From positions 3,064-67,063 of the forward strand of contig JASHOR010000094.1 of NCBI GenBank assembly GCA_030041005.1: a DNA stretch of 64,000 bases. Reading direction: 5' to 3'. Source of the DNA: Xanthobacteraceae bacterium. Its GTDB lineage: Bacteria > Pseudomonadota > Alphaproteobacteria > Rhizobiales > Xanthobacteraceae. Below are positions 31,796-40,634 of this stretch, one piece after another (positions within the stretch are counted from its first letter, which is position 1; every line of letters starts with the position of its first letter). The position numbers and the translations under genes were made by a program. The notes beneath the pieces are model-generated. The model did not search any database, was not told the origin of the DNA, and saw only the letters and a program-made list of their open reading frames with translations.

Positions 31796-34018
31796 TCACA
31801 ACCGCAACTTATCGAGTGTAATCGGCAGGTCGCGCACGCGTCTTCCGGTGGCGTGATAGACCGCGTTCGCGATTGCCGCCGCAACGCCGACAATACCGAT
31901 CTCGCCGACCCCCTTGACGCCGAGCGGATTGCTGTCGTCCGGCTCCTCGACAAAGATCACCTTGATGTCGTTGATGTCCGCGTTCACCGGCACGTGATAT
32001 TCGGCGATGTTGGCATTCGTGACACGACCGAGCCTGTGATCGATCAACGTTTCCTCGTGCAGTGCCATGCCGATACCCCAGACGACACTGCCTAGGATCT
32101 GGCTGCTCGCAGTCTTCGTGTTCAGGATACGACCGGCCGCGACTGCGCTGACGACGCGGGTGACCCGGATCACGCCAAGCTCGTCGTCAACCTTCACCTC
32201 GGCAAAGGTCGCCGCGTGGGTGTTGTGCGCACGCGCGGGATCATCGGCGGGGCTCGTGGTTTTCTCCTGCTCGATCCGGTCCACCGCGCCGTGACGCATG
32301 GCATCCGCGATCGACACCGAGCGCGAGGGGTCGCCCTTGCCCACCAGCATGCCGTCCGCAAGCGCGACTTCGCCCGGCGCGATGTTCGCGAGCGGCGAAC
32401 CCGGCACCTGCTTGGCCAGGCGCAACAACTCGTCGCGAACTGCGCCGGCTGTCGTTGCGATCGCGTTGCACACCGAGACCGCAATCCACGACCCGCCTTC
32501 GACCGGCGATTGCGGCAGACTCGAGTCGCCGAGCTTGATGCTGATGTTCTCGAGCGGCAGCCCGAGCATATCCGCCGCAACCTGCGCCATGATGGTGTAG
32601 GTGCCGGTGCCGATGTCGGAGGTTGCGCAGGCGACCTCCGCATGACCGTTCGCGCTCAGCACGATACGCACGGTAATCGGCGCCTGGAATGCATCCCAGA
32701 CGCCCGTTGCCATGCCCCAACCGACCAGGTCGCCGCCGTCCCGCATCGAGCGCGGCTCGGGATTGCGCTTGTTCCAGCCGAATGCCTCGGCGCCTTGCCG
32801 ATAGCATTCGCGCAGCGCCTTGCTGCCGAACGGCCGGTCGTTATTCTGATCGCGCTCGGAATAACATCGCAGACGCAGCTCCAGGGGATCGAGCCTGAGC
32901 GCGACGGCAAGCTCGTCCATCGCGCATTCGAGCGCGTAGACGCCGGTCGCGGCACTTGGACAGCGCATGTCGCAGGGCGTCGGAAGATCGAGCTTCGCGA
33001 GCTTGTGCGCGTAGCTGGCGTTGGCGCATGTATAGAGCAGGCCCGACCAGCCGGTCTCCTGTCGGAAGAAGTCCTCGTGTTGCGAGGTCACCGTGATGGC
33101 GTCATGGGTGATCGCCTCAAGCGTTCCGCGTTTGCTGGCTCCGATCGCGATGCGCTGGGTCATCGCCGGACGATAACCGAGCACGTACATTTGCGGCCGC
33201 GTCAGCACCACCCGCACCGACCGCCGCAGCGCGCGCGCTGCCATTACCGCCAGCACTGCCTCGAATTGCGGGCGCAATCCCACACCGAATCCGCCGCCCA
33301 TGAACGGTGACATGACGCGCACGTCCTCGGGTTCTATGCCGAACGCGCTGCAGATATGGCGCTGGACGTTCTGCACGCCTTGCGTCTTGTCATAAACCGT
33401 GAGCCTGCCGTCGGCCTCGTACATCGCGGTCGCCGCAAAAAGCTCCATCGGGTTGTGATGCTCGATTGGAACGTAATATTCGCCGGCGTGACGCACCGCC
33501 GCGGCAGCGAGCGCCTGCTCGGGCCTACCGCGCGTCTTTGGCGGCGCGAACAAGGCCTCGAACGGGTTCGTCGGAGACTTGACCGGGACGGCCGCGTCGC
33601 GGTTCACGTCGGTGACGTGCGGTTCCTCCTCGCAATCTACCCGGACCAGCGATGCCGCGAAGCGCGCGACCTCCGACGTTTCGGCGACGACAAGCGCGAT
33701 CGGCTGGCCGTTGAACGCGATCCTGTCGTCGTAGAGCGGCCGGAACGGCGAGCCCAAGGGCGCCACCTCATCCTTGTAGGCGTTGTCGTCGTCCGCCATC
33801 GGCGGCCGATTCTCGTGCGTGAGCACGTCGATCACGCCCTCGACGCGCACCGCCGCGCTTGGGTCGATCCGCGTGATACGGCCTTTGGCGATCATCGAGG
33901 TAACGATGCTGCCGTAGAGGAGGCCCGGCGCGTTGAATTCGGCGGCATATTTTGCAGCCCCGGTGACCTTCGCAATGCCGTCGACCCGGGACGTTGCGGT
34001 ACCAATGTAAGACGTCAT
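31796..34018 (-). CDS. Xanthine dehydrogenase-family molybdopterin-binding subunit (PaoC/YagR-like aldehyde oxidoreductase large subunit)
   Basis: The N-terminus is 'MTSYIGTATSRVDGIAKVTGAAKYAAEFN'. The product also contains 'MSPFMGGGFGVG' and 'NPLGVKGVGEIGIVGVAAAIANAVYHATG'. The start at 34018 has GAGGA upstream. The listed ORF start at 34099 is an extension. Confidence 0.9.
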   Translation of the reverse strand: MTSYIGTATSRVDGIAKVTGAAKYAAEFNAPGLLYGSIVTSMIAKGRITRIDPSAAVRVEGVIDVLTHENRPPMADDDNAYKDEVAPLGSPFRPLYDDRIAFNGQPIALVVAETSEVARFAASLVRVDCEEEPHVTDVNRDAAVPVKSPTNPFEALFAPPKTRGRPEQALAAAAVRHAGEYYVPIEHHNPMELFAATAMYEADGRLTVYDKTQGVQNVQRHICSAFGIEPEDVRVMSPFMGGGFGVGLRPQFEAVLAVMAARALRRSVRVVLTRPQMYVLGYRPAMTQRIAIGASKRGTLEAITHDAITVTSQHEDFFRQETGWSGLLYTCANASYAHKLAKLDLPTPCDMRCPSAATGVYALECAMDELAVALRLDPLELRLRCYSERDQNNDRPFGSKALRECYRQGAEAFGWNKRNPEPRSMRDGGDLVGWGMATGVWDAFQAPITVRIVLSANGHAEVACATSDIGTGTYTIMAQVAADMLGLPLENISIKLGDSSLPQSPVEGGSWIAVSVCNAIATTAGAVRDELLRLAKQVPGSPLANIAPGEVALADGMLVGKGDPSRSVSIADAMRHGAVDRIEQEKTTSPADDPARAHNTHAATFAEVKVDDELGVIRVTRVVSAVAAGRILNTKTASSQILGSVVWGIGMALHEETLIDHRLGRVTNANIAEYHVPVNADINDIKVIFVEEPDDSNPLGVKGVGEIGIVGVAAAIANAVYHATGRRVRDLPITLDKLRL

Positions 34019-34026
34019 GGCTGTCC

Positions 34027-35043
34027 TCAGACGATTTTCTTCGAAGACTGCGATTGCGGCGTGCCGCGCGCGGCTTGTGTGAGCGCGCGCACGATGCAAC
34101 GGCGCGCGAGATCGATCTTAAAGGTGTTATGTGCGTAACCTTTGGCGTCGCGCAGCAGCGCGTCCGCCGCGCGCGCAAACGTTGCAGCCTTGGCCGGCCG
34201 CCCGCGCAACGCGGCCTCGGCTTGCTGATCGCGCCACGGCTTGTGTGCGACGCCACCGAGCGCAAAGCGTCCCTCTTTGATGGTATCGCCGTCGAGTTCA
34301 AGCCCAACCGCGACCGAAACCAGGGCGAACGCATACGACAGCCGGTCGCGAATTTTCAGGTACGTGTAATTCGCGGCGAAGCCTTTCGGCGGCAGTTCCA
34401 CCGCAGTGATGATCTCGCCGCCGTCAAGATCGGTGTCGCGCTGCGGTGTTTTGCCCGGCAGCCGGTGGAAGTCCGCAAAAGGTATCACGCGATCGCCAGA
34501 CTCGCTGGCGACATGCACTCTTGCCTCCAAAACCGCGAGCGCCACGCACATGTCGGATGGATGCGTCGCGATGCAGGCATCGCTGCCGCCGAGGATCGCG
34601 TGCATGCGATTTTGGCCGTCGATCGCCGAGCAACCGCTGCCGGGTTTGCGTTTGTTGCAGGGCGTCGCTGTGTCGTAGAAATAAGCGCAGCGCGTGCGTT
34701 GCAGGAGATTGCCGCCCGTCGATGCCATATTGCGCAATTGCTGCGAGGCACCGGCCATGATCGCGCTGGCAAGAACGGGGTAGCGCTCCTCCACCAGCGG
34801 GTGATAGGCGAGATCGGTATTGCGCACGAGCGCGCCGATACGCAGGCCACCGTCGGGCGTGCGTTCAATCTGCTTGAGCGGCAGCCGCGTGATGTCGATC
34901 ACCGTGGTCGGCCGCTCGACGTCCATTTTCATCAGATCGATCAGATTGGTGCCGCCAGCGACGAATTTCGCATTTGCATCGCCCCCGATCTGGCGTACGG
35001 CGTCGGTAACGTCATTAGCGCGCGCATAGTGGAAGTTGATCAT
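34027..35043 (-). CDS. FAD-binding subunit of the molybdoenzyme (PaoB/YagS / CoxM-like)
   Basis: The N-terminus is '[39 protein letters not shown]'. The start overlaps the stop of the upstream 2Fe-2S gene (ATGA at 35040-35043). Confidence 0.9.
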   Translation of the reverse strand: MINFHYARANDVTDAVRQIGGDANAKFVAGGTNLIDLMKMDVERPTTVIDITRLPLKQIERTPDGGLRIGALVRNTDLAYHPLVEERYPVLASAIMAGASQQLRNMASTGGNLLQRTRCAYFYDTATPCNKRKPGSGCSAIDGQNRMHAILGGSDACIATHPSDMCVALAVLEARVHVASESGDRVIPFADFHRLPGKTPQRDTDLDGGEIITAVELPPKGFAANYTYLKIRDRLSYAFALVSVAVGLELDGDTIKEGRFALGGVAHKPWRDQQAEAALRGRPAKAATFARAADALLRDAKGYAHNTFKIDLARRCIVRALTQAARGTPQSQSSKKIV

Positions 35044-35648
35044 GGTCGCCTCATCACTTCTTCGATTGCCGCGATAATGTTGGTATAGGCGCCGCAGCGG
35101 CATAGGTTGCCGCTCATGAGTTCGCGAATGTCATCCGCGGTTTTCGCCCTACCCTCGGCGATCAACCCGACCGCCGAGCAGATTTGCCCCGGCGTGCAGT
35201 AGCCGCACTGGAATGCGTCGTGCTCGATGAACGCCTGCTGCAGCGGATGCAGCGCGCCGTTGTTCGCGAGCCCTTCGATCGTGGTGACCTGCGCGCCGTC
35301 GTACATGACGGCAAACGTCAGGCACGAATTGACCCGGCGGCCGTCAATGATCACCGTGCAGGCGCCGCATTGGCCCTGGTCGCAGCCTTTTTTCGTCCCG
35401 GTCAGGTCCAGTTTCTCGCGCAAGAGGTCAAGGAGCGTCGTGCGGGTATCCAGCACGACCGCATGAGTCCTGCCGTTCACGGTCAGGCTTACCGAAACCA
35501 TCTCCGGCGCCGTCGAGCGGATGGACGGCACGGCCGCGGCGCCGGATGACGAGCCGGCGGCAACCGGCAGCACCCCACCAGCGGCGACAGTCTCGCGCCG
35601 CGTTGGCTCGTGGAAAGGCGAACTCGCGTCTGCTCGGATATTGGTCAT
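35040..35648 (-). CDS. (2Fe-2S)-binding subunit with a twin-arginine signal (PaoA/YagT-like)
   Basis: The N-terminus '[32 protein letters not shown]' is Tat-like. The product also contains '[12 protein letters not shown]' and '[11 protein letters not shown]...NLCRCGAY'. GGAGG lies upstream of the ATG at 35648. Confidence 0.9.
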   Translation of the reverse strand: MTNIRADASSPFHEPTRRETVAAGGVLPVAAGSSSGAAAVPSIRSTAPEMVSVSLTVNGRTHAVVLDTRTTLLDLLREKLDLTGTKKGCDQGQCGACTVIIDGRRVNSCLTFAVMYDGAQVTTIEGLANNGALHPLQQAFIEHDAFQCGYCTPGQICSAVGLIAEGRAKTADDIRELMSGNLCRCGAYTNIIAAIEEVMRRP

Positions 35649-35738
35649 CCTCCGCTCCTGTCGGGCGTGTCGTGGCGACATCTCGGACTTGTCGGCGCTC
35701 GAACGACGCCGTGCTTGACCCAAGCCCCTCGATAACGC

Positions 35739-36806
35739 TCAGCTCTGCGCGACGTTCACGATCGCTTCGGCAAAAGCCTGCGGCGCCTCTTGCGGCAGAT
35801 TGTGCCCGATCCCGCCTTTGATGGTGCGGTGCCGGTATTTGCCCGTGAATTTGTTGGCATAGGCGCTGGGCTCGGCATGTGGCGCACCGTTGGCGTCGCC
35901 TTCAAGGGTGATGGCAGGCACCGCTATCGCCGGTAACGCCGCCAGCCGCTTTTCCACGGCGTCGTATTTCGGCTCGCCTTTCGCCAGATCGAGCCGGAAG
36001 CGATAATCATGAATCACGATGGCGACATGATCCGGGTTGTTGAAGGCGGCTGCGGTGCGATCGAACGTGGCGTCGTCGAAGCGCCATTGCGGCGAAGCGA
36101 GCTGCCAAATGAGCTTGGCAAAGTCGTGCCGGTATCTGTCGTAGCCGTCCCGGCCGCGGTCGGTGGCGAAATAATACTGGTACCACCATTGCAGTTCGGC
36201 CTTTGGCGGCAACGGCTCCTTTTGGGATTCCTGACCGGCGATCAGATAGCCGCTCACGGAAACCAGCGCCTTGCAGCGCTCCGGCCAAAGCGCTGCGATG
36301 ATGTCGGCCGTGCGGCCGCCCCAATCGAAGCCGCCGATGGTGGCTCTCTGGATCTTCAAGGCGTCCATCAAGGCGATGGTGTCAAGGGCCACCGCCGCGG
36401 GCTGACCGTTGCGGAACGTATCGCTGGAAAGGAAACGCGTCGTACCGTAACCGCGCAGATACGGCACGATCACCCGGTAGCCGGCCGACGCCAGCAAAGG
36501 GGCGACATCGACATAGCTGTGGATGTCGTAAGGCCAGCCATGCAGAAGAACCACCGCCGGGCCATCGGCAGGGCCGGCCTCGGCGTATCCGACGTTCAGG
36601 AGACCGGCATCGATCTGTTTCAGCGCGCCGAACGACGTGTGCGTCCCCGGCTTAATCCCGGGCAACGCTGCCGGTTTTTCCATGCCGGATTGCGCGGAGG
36701 CTCTACCCATCATGCCGAGCTGGGCGGCAGCCACTGTAAGCGAGGCGGCGCTGCAAAACCGTCGCCGACCCTGATCGACCGTCTCAAATGCTTTGGTCGC
36801 GCTCAC
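35739..36806 (-). CDS. Alpha/beta-fold hydrolase (epoxide-hydrolase-like) with a Tat signal peptide
   Basis: The N-terminus 'MSATKAFETVDQGRRRFCSAASLTVAAAQLGMMGRASA' is a Tat signal. The product also contains 'VVLLHGWPYDIHSY' and 'IGGFDWGG' (nucleophile elbow). Confidence 0.8.
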   Translation of the reverse strand: MSATKAFETVDQGRRRFCSAASLTVAAAQLGMMGRASAQSGMEKPAALPGIKPGTHTSFGALKQIDAGLLNVGYAEAGPADGPAVVLLHGWPYDIHSYVDVAPLLASAGYRVIVPYLRGYGTTRFLSSDTFRNGQPAAVALDTIALMDALKIQRATIGGFDWGGRTADIIAALWPERCKALVSVSGYLIAGQESQKEPLPPKAELQWWYQYYFATDRGRDGYDRYRHDFAKLIWQLASPQWRFDDATFDRTAAAFNNPDHVAIVIHDYRFRLDLAKGEPKYDAVEKRLAALPAIAVPAITLEGDANGAPHAEPSAYANKFTGKYRHRTIKGGIGHNLPQEAPQAFAEAIVNVAQS

Positions 36807-36885
36807 GACGACCCTTCAATCTTCGGAATGATCGGGACGCAAAGTCCGCACCGCAAAAAACGCTAGCGGACGACCCAAGGGATTA

Positions 36886-36923
36886 CTTTTGACAAATTGC
36901 GCGAAACGGCCGGAAATTTGCAC
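36886..36923 (-). promoter_or_regulatory. Conserved upstream element, instance 4 (diverged)
   Basis: The sequence is 'cttttgacaaattgcgcgaaacggccggaaatttgcacg', 80 nt upstream of the start at 36806. It aligns with 42721-42757. Confidence 0.35.
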
Positions 36924-36952
36924 GATAAGAGTTTACGCCAACGCATCTTGCG

Positions 36953-37618
36953 TTACGCTTCGCCGATCGGTTGGCCGTCGAGCATGATTGGGCGCAACGG
37001 GAAGGAAAGAACGACGCTCGCGCCCGATAGTCCGAACTCCCTTTCGACGGAACCTTCAAGCTCGTCCGCCAGCGCGTCGACAAGTCGAGTTCCCCGACCC
37101 GGCGCATAAGTCGGCGCGAGCGCCCCGTCGTCGCTTACCCGGCACAACACGCGGCCCGAAACCACATCAATCGAAACACCAATGTGCCCACGTTCCAAGT
37201 ACGACCCATGACGCCCGGCGTTTCTGATGAGTTCAGAGACGATAAGACATGCCCGCCAACAATTTATCCTCTGAAGCAAAATTCGCCTTGGCGCGGCGAG
37301 CTGCAAGGTAATCCCCTGCGGGGTCAGCCATGCCGCCGCCATGGCTCGACAAAGCTCAGAAAGATCGTCCGCGAGGTCGGTCGGCTCATCTCGCTCTGGC
37401 GGATACAAGGCCTGATGTGAACTCGCCAAGGCGTGCAGGTGCGCCGCTATCTTCCCGACGGCGGCCTTGGCTTCTTCACTTGAGCAGCCGGCCGCCACGT
37501 AATGCGCAAGGGAAATTGCGTTTGCATATTCGTTGGAAATGCGATGCAGGAGCTCTCTGACGTAAAGCATTTCGTTTTCAAATTGTTCGACTTGAGATTG
37601 AGAGCAATCAGCCGTCAT
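36953..37618 (-). CDS. Sensor-less histidine kinase, HisKA_2/HWE-like core only
   Basis: The 221 aa product contains 'VRELLHRISNEYANAISL' (H-box), 'VSELIRNAGRHG' (N-box), 'VSDDGALAP' (G1) and 'GRGTRLVDALADELEG' (G2). No TM or sensor domain fits in the length. Confidence 0.7.
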   Translation of the reverse strand: MTADCSQSQVEQFENEMLYVRELLHRISNEYANAISLAHYVAAGCSSEEAKAAVGKIAAHLHALASSHQALYPPERDEPTDLADDLSELCRAMAAAWLTPQGITLQLAAPRRILLQRINCWRACLIVSELIRNAGRHGSYLERGHIGVSIDVVSGRVLCRVSDDGALAPTYAPGRGTRLVDALADELEGSVEREFGLSGASVVLSFPLRPIMLDGQPIGEA

Positions 37619-37992
37619 GGCACCCCTCTCCCAACTTTTACTTCATCTCCCAGCATCTACCGGATAAGCTGTTCCGCCATAACGTTCTTTCATGAAATCA
37701 ACGGTTCTTTTCCTTCTTTGACGGGTTTTAGAACCCGTATGCGCTCCGGCCTGCCGATCATCGACCGATCGATCATGCCGCTCTACCGGTGCGTGTGGTC
37801 TCAACAAAAACGAAAAGCGGCCGGCTTTTCCGATTTAGCTTTTAGTTCAGCGTCGGCATTCACTGGCAATCTGATGCGGATTACCGACCGGACGCGATGA
37901 GCCGAGAGCAGCGGCGGCGCCTTGAAATGTTCCGGGCCGGGGGCCAAATGCTGCTCGCCGGAACGATGCCGACCGGCGCAAGCGAGGCCTTC

Positions 37993-39252
37993 ATGCCGTC
38001 ACAGCGCCCTCACGTCGTCATCCTCGGCGGCGGCTTCGGCGGACTTGAGACCGCGAAAACCTTAAGTCGCGCGGAGGTCGACGTCACGATCATCGATCGG
38101 CAGAACTATCATTGCTTTCAGCCGCTCTTGTATCAGGTGGCGACGGCGTCGCTGTCGCCCGCCGAGGTGGCCTGGCCGATCCGTCACATTCTGCGCCTGC
38201 AAAAGAACGCCACCGTCTTCATGACGGAAGTGACGGCGGTCGATGTCGCCGGAAAGACCATCAAGACGAAGTCGGATTCGTTTCCATTCGACTTTCTGGT
38301 GATCGCCACCGGCGCGACGAATTCTTATTTCGGCCACGACGGCTGGGCGGCCTTTGCACCGGGGCTCAAGCGCATCGAGGATGCCACCCGCGTCCGCCGC
38401 AACATCCTGTCCGCTTTCGAGGAGGCCGAACTTGCCGATGACGACAACCGGCGACGGCAGCTTCTGACGTTTGTCATTGTCGGCGGCGGTCCCACCGGCG
38501 TCGAGATGGCGGGCGCCATCGCCGAGGTCGCGCGGCAAACACTCAAGCGCGACTTCCGGCGTATCGACCCGCGCTCGTCGCGCATCGTATTGATCGAAGC
38601 CGGACCTCGCCTGCTGCCGGGGTTCTCGGCGAAGCATTCCGCATACGCGCAACGCACGCTCACCGCGATGGGCGTCGAAGTGATGACCGCCACGCCGGTG
38701 ACGCAATGCGACGCCGGCGGCGTCGCGCTTGAGGCCGGCCGCATCGATGCCGGCTCGGTTGTCTGGGCGGCGGGAGTCATGGCTTCGCCCGCCGCCGTCT
38801 GGCTTGCGGCAGAGCATGACCGCGCGGGCCGCGTCGTAGTGCGCTCCGATCTTTCGCTGCCGGGCCACGACACCATATTCGTCATCGGCGATACCGCCGC
38901 GGTCAATGACGCCGGCGGACGGCCAGTGCCCGGTCTTGCGGCTGCGGCAAAGCAGATGGGGCAATATGTCGGCCGGCTCATTATCGCGCGCAGCGCCGGC
39001 CGAACGCTGCCGCCGTTCCGCTACCGGAACCAAGGCGCCTTGGCCACGATCGGACGGCGCGCCGCCATCGTCGAGGTCGGGCCTATCCAACTCAAGGGCT
39101 TTATCGGTTGGCTGTTCTGGAGCGTGGTCCACATTTTCTTTCTGATCGGGCTGCGCAACCGCCTCGCCGTCGCCATCACCTGGTTGTGGAGCTACATCAC
39201 GTTTCAGCGCGGCGCCCGTCTGATTACCGAGGTGCCGCCGCCGCGGATCTGA
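37993..39252 (+). CDS. ndh: Type II NADH dehydrogenase (NDH-2) family FAD oxidoreductase
   Basis: The product contains 'PHVVILGGGFGGLETAKTL', 'IDRQNYHCFQPLLYQVA', 'FVIVGGGPTGVEMAGA' and 'IFVIGDTA'. I prefer the ATG at 37993 (GAGG 6 nt upstream). The listed ORF starts at 37897. Confidence 0.85.
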   Translation: MPSQRPHVVILGGGFGGLETAKTLSRAEVDVTIIDRQNYHCFQPLLYQVATASLSPAEVAWPIRHILRLQKNATVFMTEVTAVDVAGKTIKTKSDSFPFDFLVIATGATNSYFGHDGWAAFAPGLKRIEDATRVRRNILSAFEEAELADDDNRRRQLLTFVIVGGGPTGVEMAGAIAEVARQTLKRDFRRIDPRSSRIVLIEAGPRLLPGFSAKHSAYAQRTLTAMGVEVMTATPVTQCDAGGVALEAGRIDAGSVVWAAGVMASPAAVWLAAEHDRAGRVVVRSDLSLPGHDTIFVIGDTAAVNDAGGRPVPGLAAAAKQMGQYVGRLIIARSAGRTLPPFRYRNQGALATIGRRAAIVEVGPIQLKGFIGWLFWSVVHIFFLIGLRNRLAVAITWLWSYITFQRGARLITEVPPPRI

Positions 39253-39330
39253 TTGCGCTGCGCGACTCGCAAACCTCCCGTTCGAGACTTTGCTGTAAGC
39301 GCATCACATCAAGCTGCACCGCGCGCCGCG

Positions 39331-39900
39331 TCAGCGGCAGCGGTGCCGCAAGCCGTCGTAGCCGAGATAAGTCCCGGTTGCCGGATCGTACGACCGAAAG
39401 CGCGCCTCGCAGGCGGCGACGCTCGGCGCCGCGACCGCAGGCGCCTGGGAAGCCGGCCCGGGCGCATAATTGTAGAGTGGCGCGCCTGTTGCTTGAGCCG
39501 TGGCCGGACCGCCCCGTTGCGCCATCCATGTGCCGACGCAGAAGCCGCTCGAGCCCTGACCGCGCCAAACGCCGCCGCCGGTCAAGCGACCGAGACGGCC
39601 GGAGCCGACCGCCCATTCGTTGCCGGCGCGCACCATCACCCTCACTGCGCCTCTTGGCGTGACTCGTCCCTGGACGTTGGCCATGCCGCCGGCAGGGGTG
39701 ATGATCTGCCCGTTCGCGATGCTCACCCCGTAGCGGATACTGGACTGGCAGGCTCCCCCGCGCGTCGTGACCAACACGCTCCAAGGACCGTCATAGGCGG
39801 TCTGGGCGTAAGCCGGAGCGGCGATGCCGGCGCCGGCAAGAGCGAGCGCGGAGGTAAGAAAGCAGGCGTGAAGCGATCTGGTGGTGGTTCTGCCGAACAT
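39331..39900 (-). CDS. Secreted BA14K-family protein
   Basis: The signal peptide is 'MFGRTTTRSLHACFLTSALALAGAGIAAPAYA'. The C-terminus 'CEARFRSYDPATGTYLGYDGLRHRC' is the BA14K signature. The product also contains 'PLYNYAPG'. Confidence 0.75.
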   Translation of the reverse strand: MFGRTTTRSLHACFLTSALALAGAGIAAPAYAQTAYDGPWSVLVTTRGGACQSSIRYGVSIANGQIITPAGGMANVQGRVTPRGAVRVMVRAGNEWAVGSGRLGRLTGGGVWRGQGSSGFCVGTWMAQRGGPATAQATGAPLYNYAPGPASQAPAVAAPSVAACEARFRSYDPATGTYLGYDGLRHRCR

Positions 39901-40157
39901 CTTTGGCCTCCTGGTTCGAATAATCGTCACTTGGGCGAGTCAATAACTTGCGCGCCGTCCAGCGGAGCGGATGCGTACGATCCAAAGCGGCGATGCGATC
40001 TCACAGCAGCGATAGCGCGTCTGGACGCCGCCGCGCATGATCAACCGACCGGCGCCGCGCCGGTTCCGTGCGCTCCACCCGCATTTGCCGCCGGCGGCGG
40101 CAGCGGTTCTGCCGGGCGCGATCTTTACGGCGATGAGTGATGCTTTCTTGCTTTGAC

Positions 40158-40172
40158 TTGCGCATTTTTGCG
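40158..40172 (+). promoter_or_regulatory. Conserved upstream element, instance 5 (weak, plus-strand gene orientation)
   Basis: 'ttgcgcatttttgcg' matches the reverse-complement core 'ttgcgcaattttcc' at 11 of 14 positions. It lies 163 nt upstream of the GTG at 40335. Confidence 0.25.
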
Positions 40173-40334
40173 TAGATCTCCGCCACAGAGCCGCGGAAAA
40201 AAATGCGATTTGCCGGGTCCTATCCGGCAGCAAATGGCCAGCGACGAAACTTGTGCGGCGCCGCTCATTGCCTATGTAGGCTCCCGCACAGGACGCAATT
40301 GCGAGGCTGCCTCGCTTGGTATCAGGAGGCGATC

Positions 40335-40583
40335 GTGATACATAAATCAACGCTGGTTCTTTTTGCGGCCGTCGCCGCATTGGGCATGGTCTCGTCGGCT
40401 CAGGCGCGCAGCAGCGAACGACCTTTTGCCGCCCGGCACGCTCACGTTCACGTCGCCCGTCATCTCCGGGGCTTGCGCGATTACGATCCGATTCCGCGCC
40501 AGCCGTATTTCGTCCCGGTTCCGAGCCAGTCGGATTCCAATTCCGACTTTCCTGCCCTTAGAATGGACCACGAAGATTTTTAG
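40335..40583 (+). CDS. Small secreted His-rich protein (82 aa)
   Basis: A GTG start sits 5 nt after GGAGG. The signal peptide is 'VIHKSTLVLFAAVAALGMVSSAQA'. The mature part reads 'RSSERPFAARHAHVHVARHLRGLRDYDPIPRQPYF'. The listed ORF start at 40203 is upstream of the SD. Confidence 0.5.
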   Translation: MIHKSTLVLFAAVAALGMVSSAQARSSERPFAARHAHVHVARHLRGLRDYDPIPRQPYFVPVPSQSDSNSDFPALRMDHEDF

Positions 40584-40634
40584 AGCGTCGGCCCTGGCAT
40601 CGTAATCCAAGCTTCACATATGTCCCCGCGCGCC

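Noticed and set aside
33994-35088. A 364 aa plus-strand ORF. The similar long ORFs 32216..33310(+), 33356..34138(+), 38062..39132(-), 61132..62178(-), 63102..63980(-), 52691..53623(-) and 20716..21504(-) fall in the same class.
   Set aside because: All are antisense or out of frame relative to genes with strong family signatures (Pao subunits, ndh, OMPs, serC, lgt, the kinase fusions). All have the Arg/Ala/Gly-rich composition of non-coding frames in GC-rich DNA.
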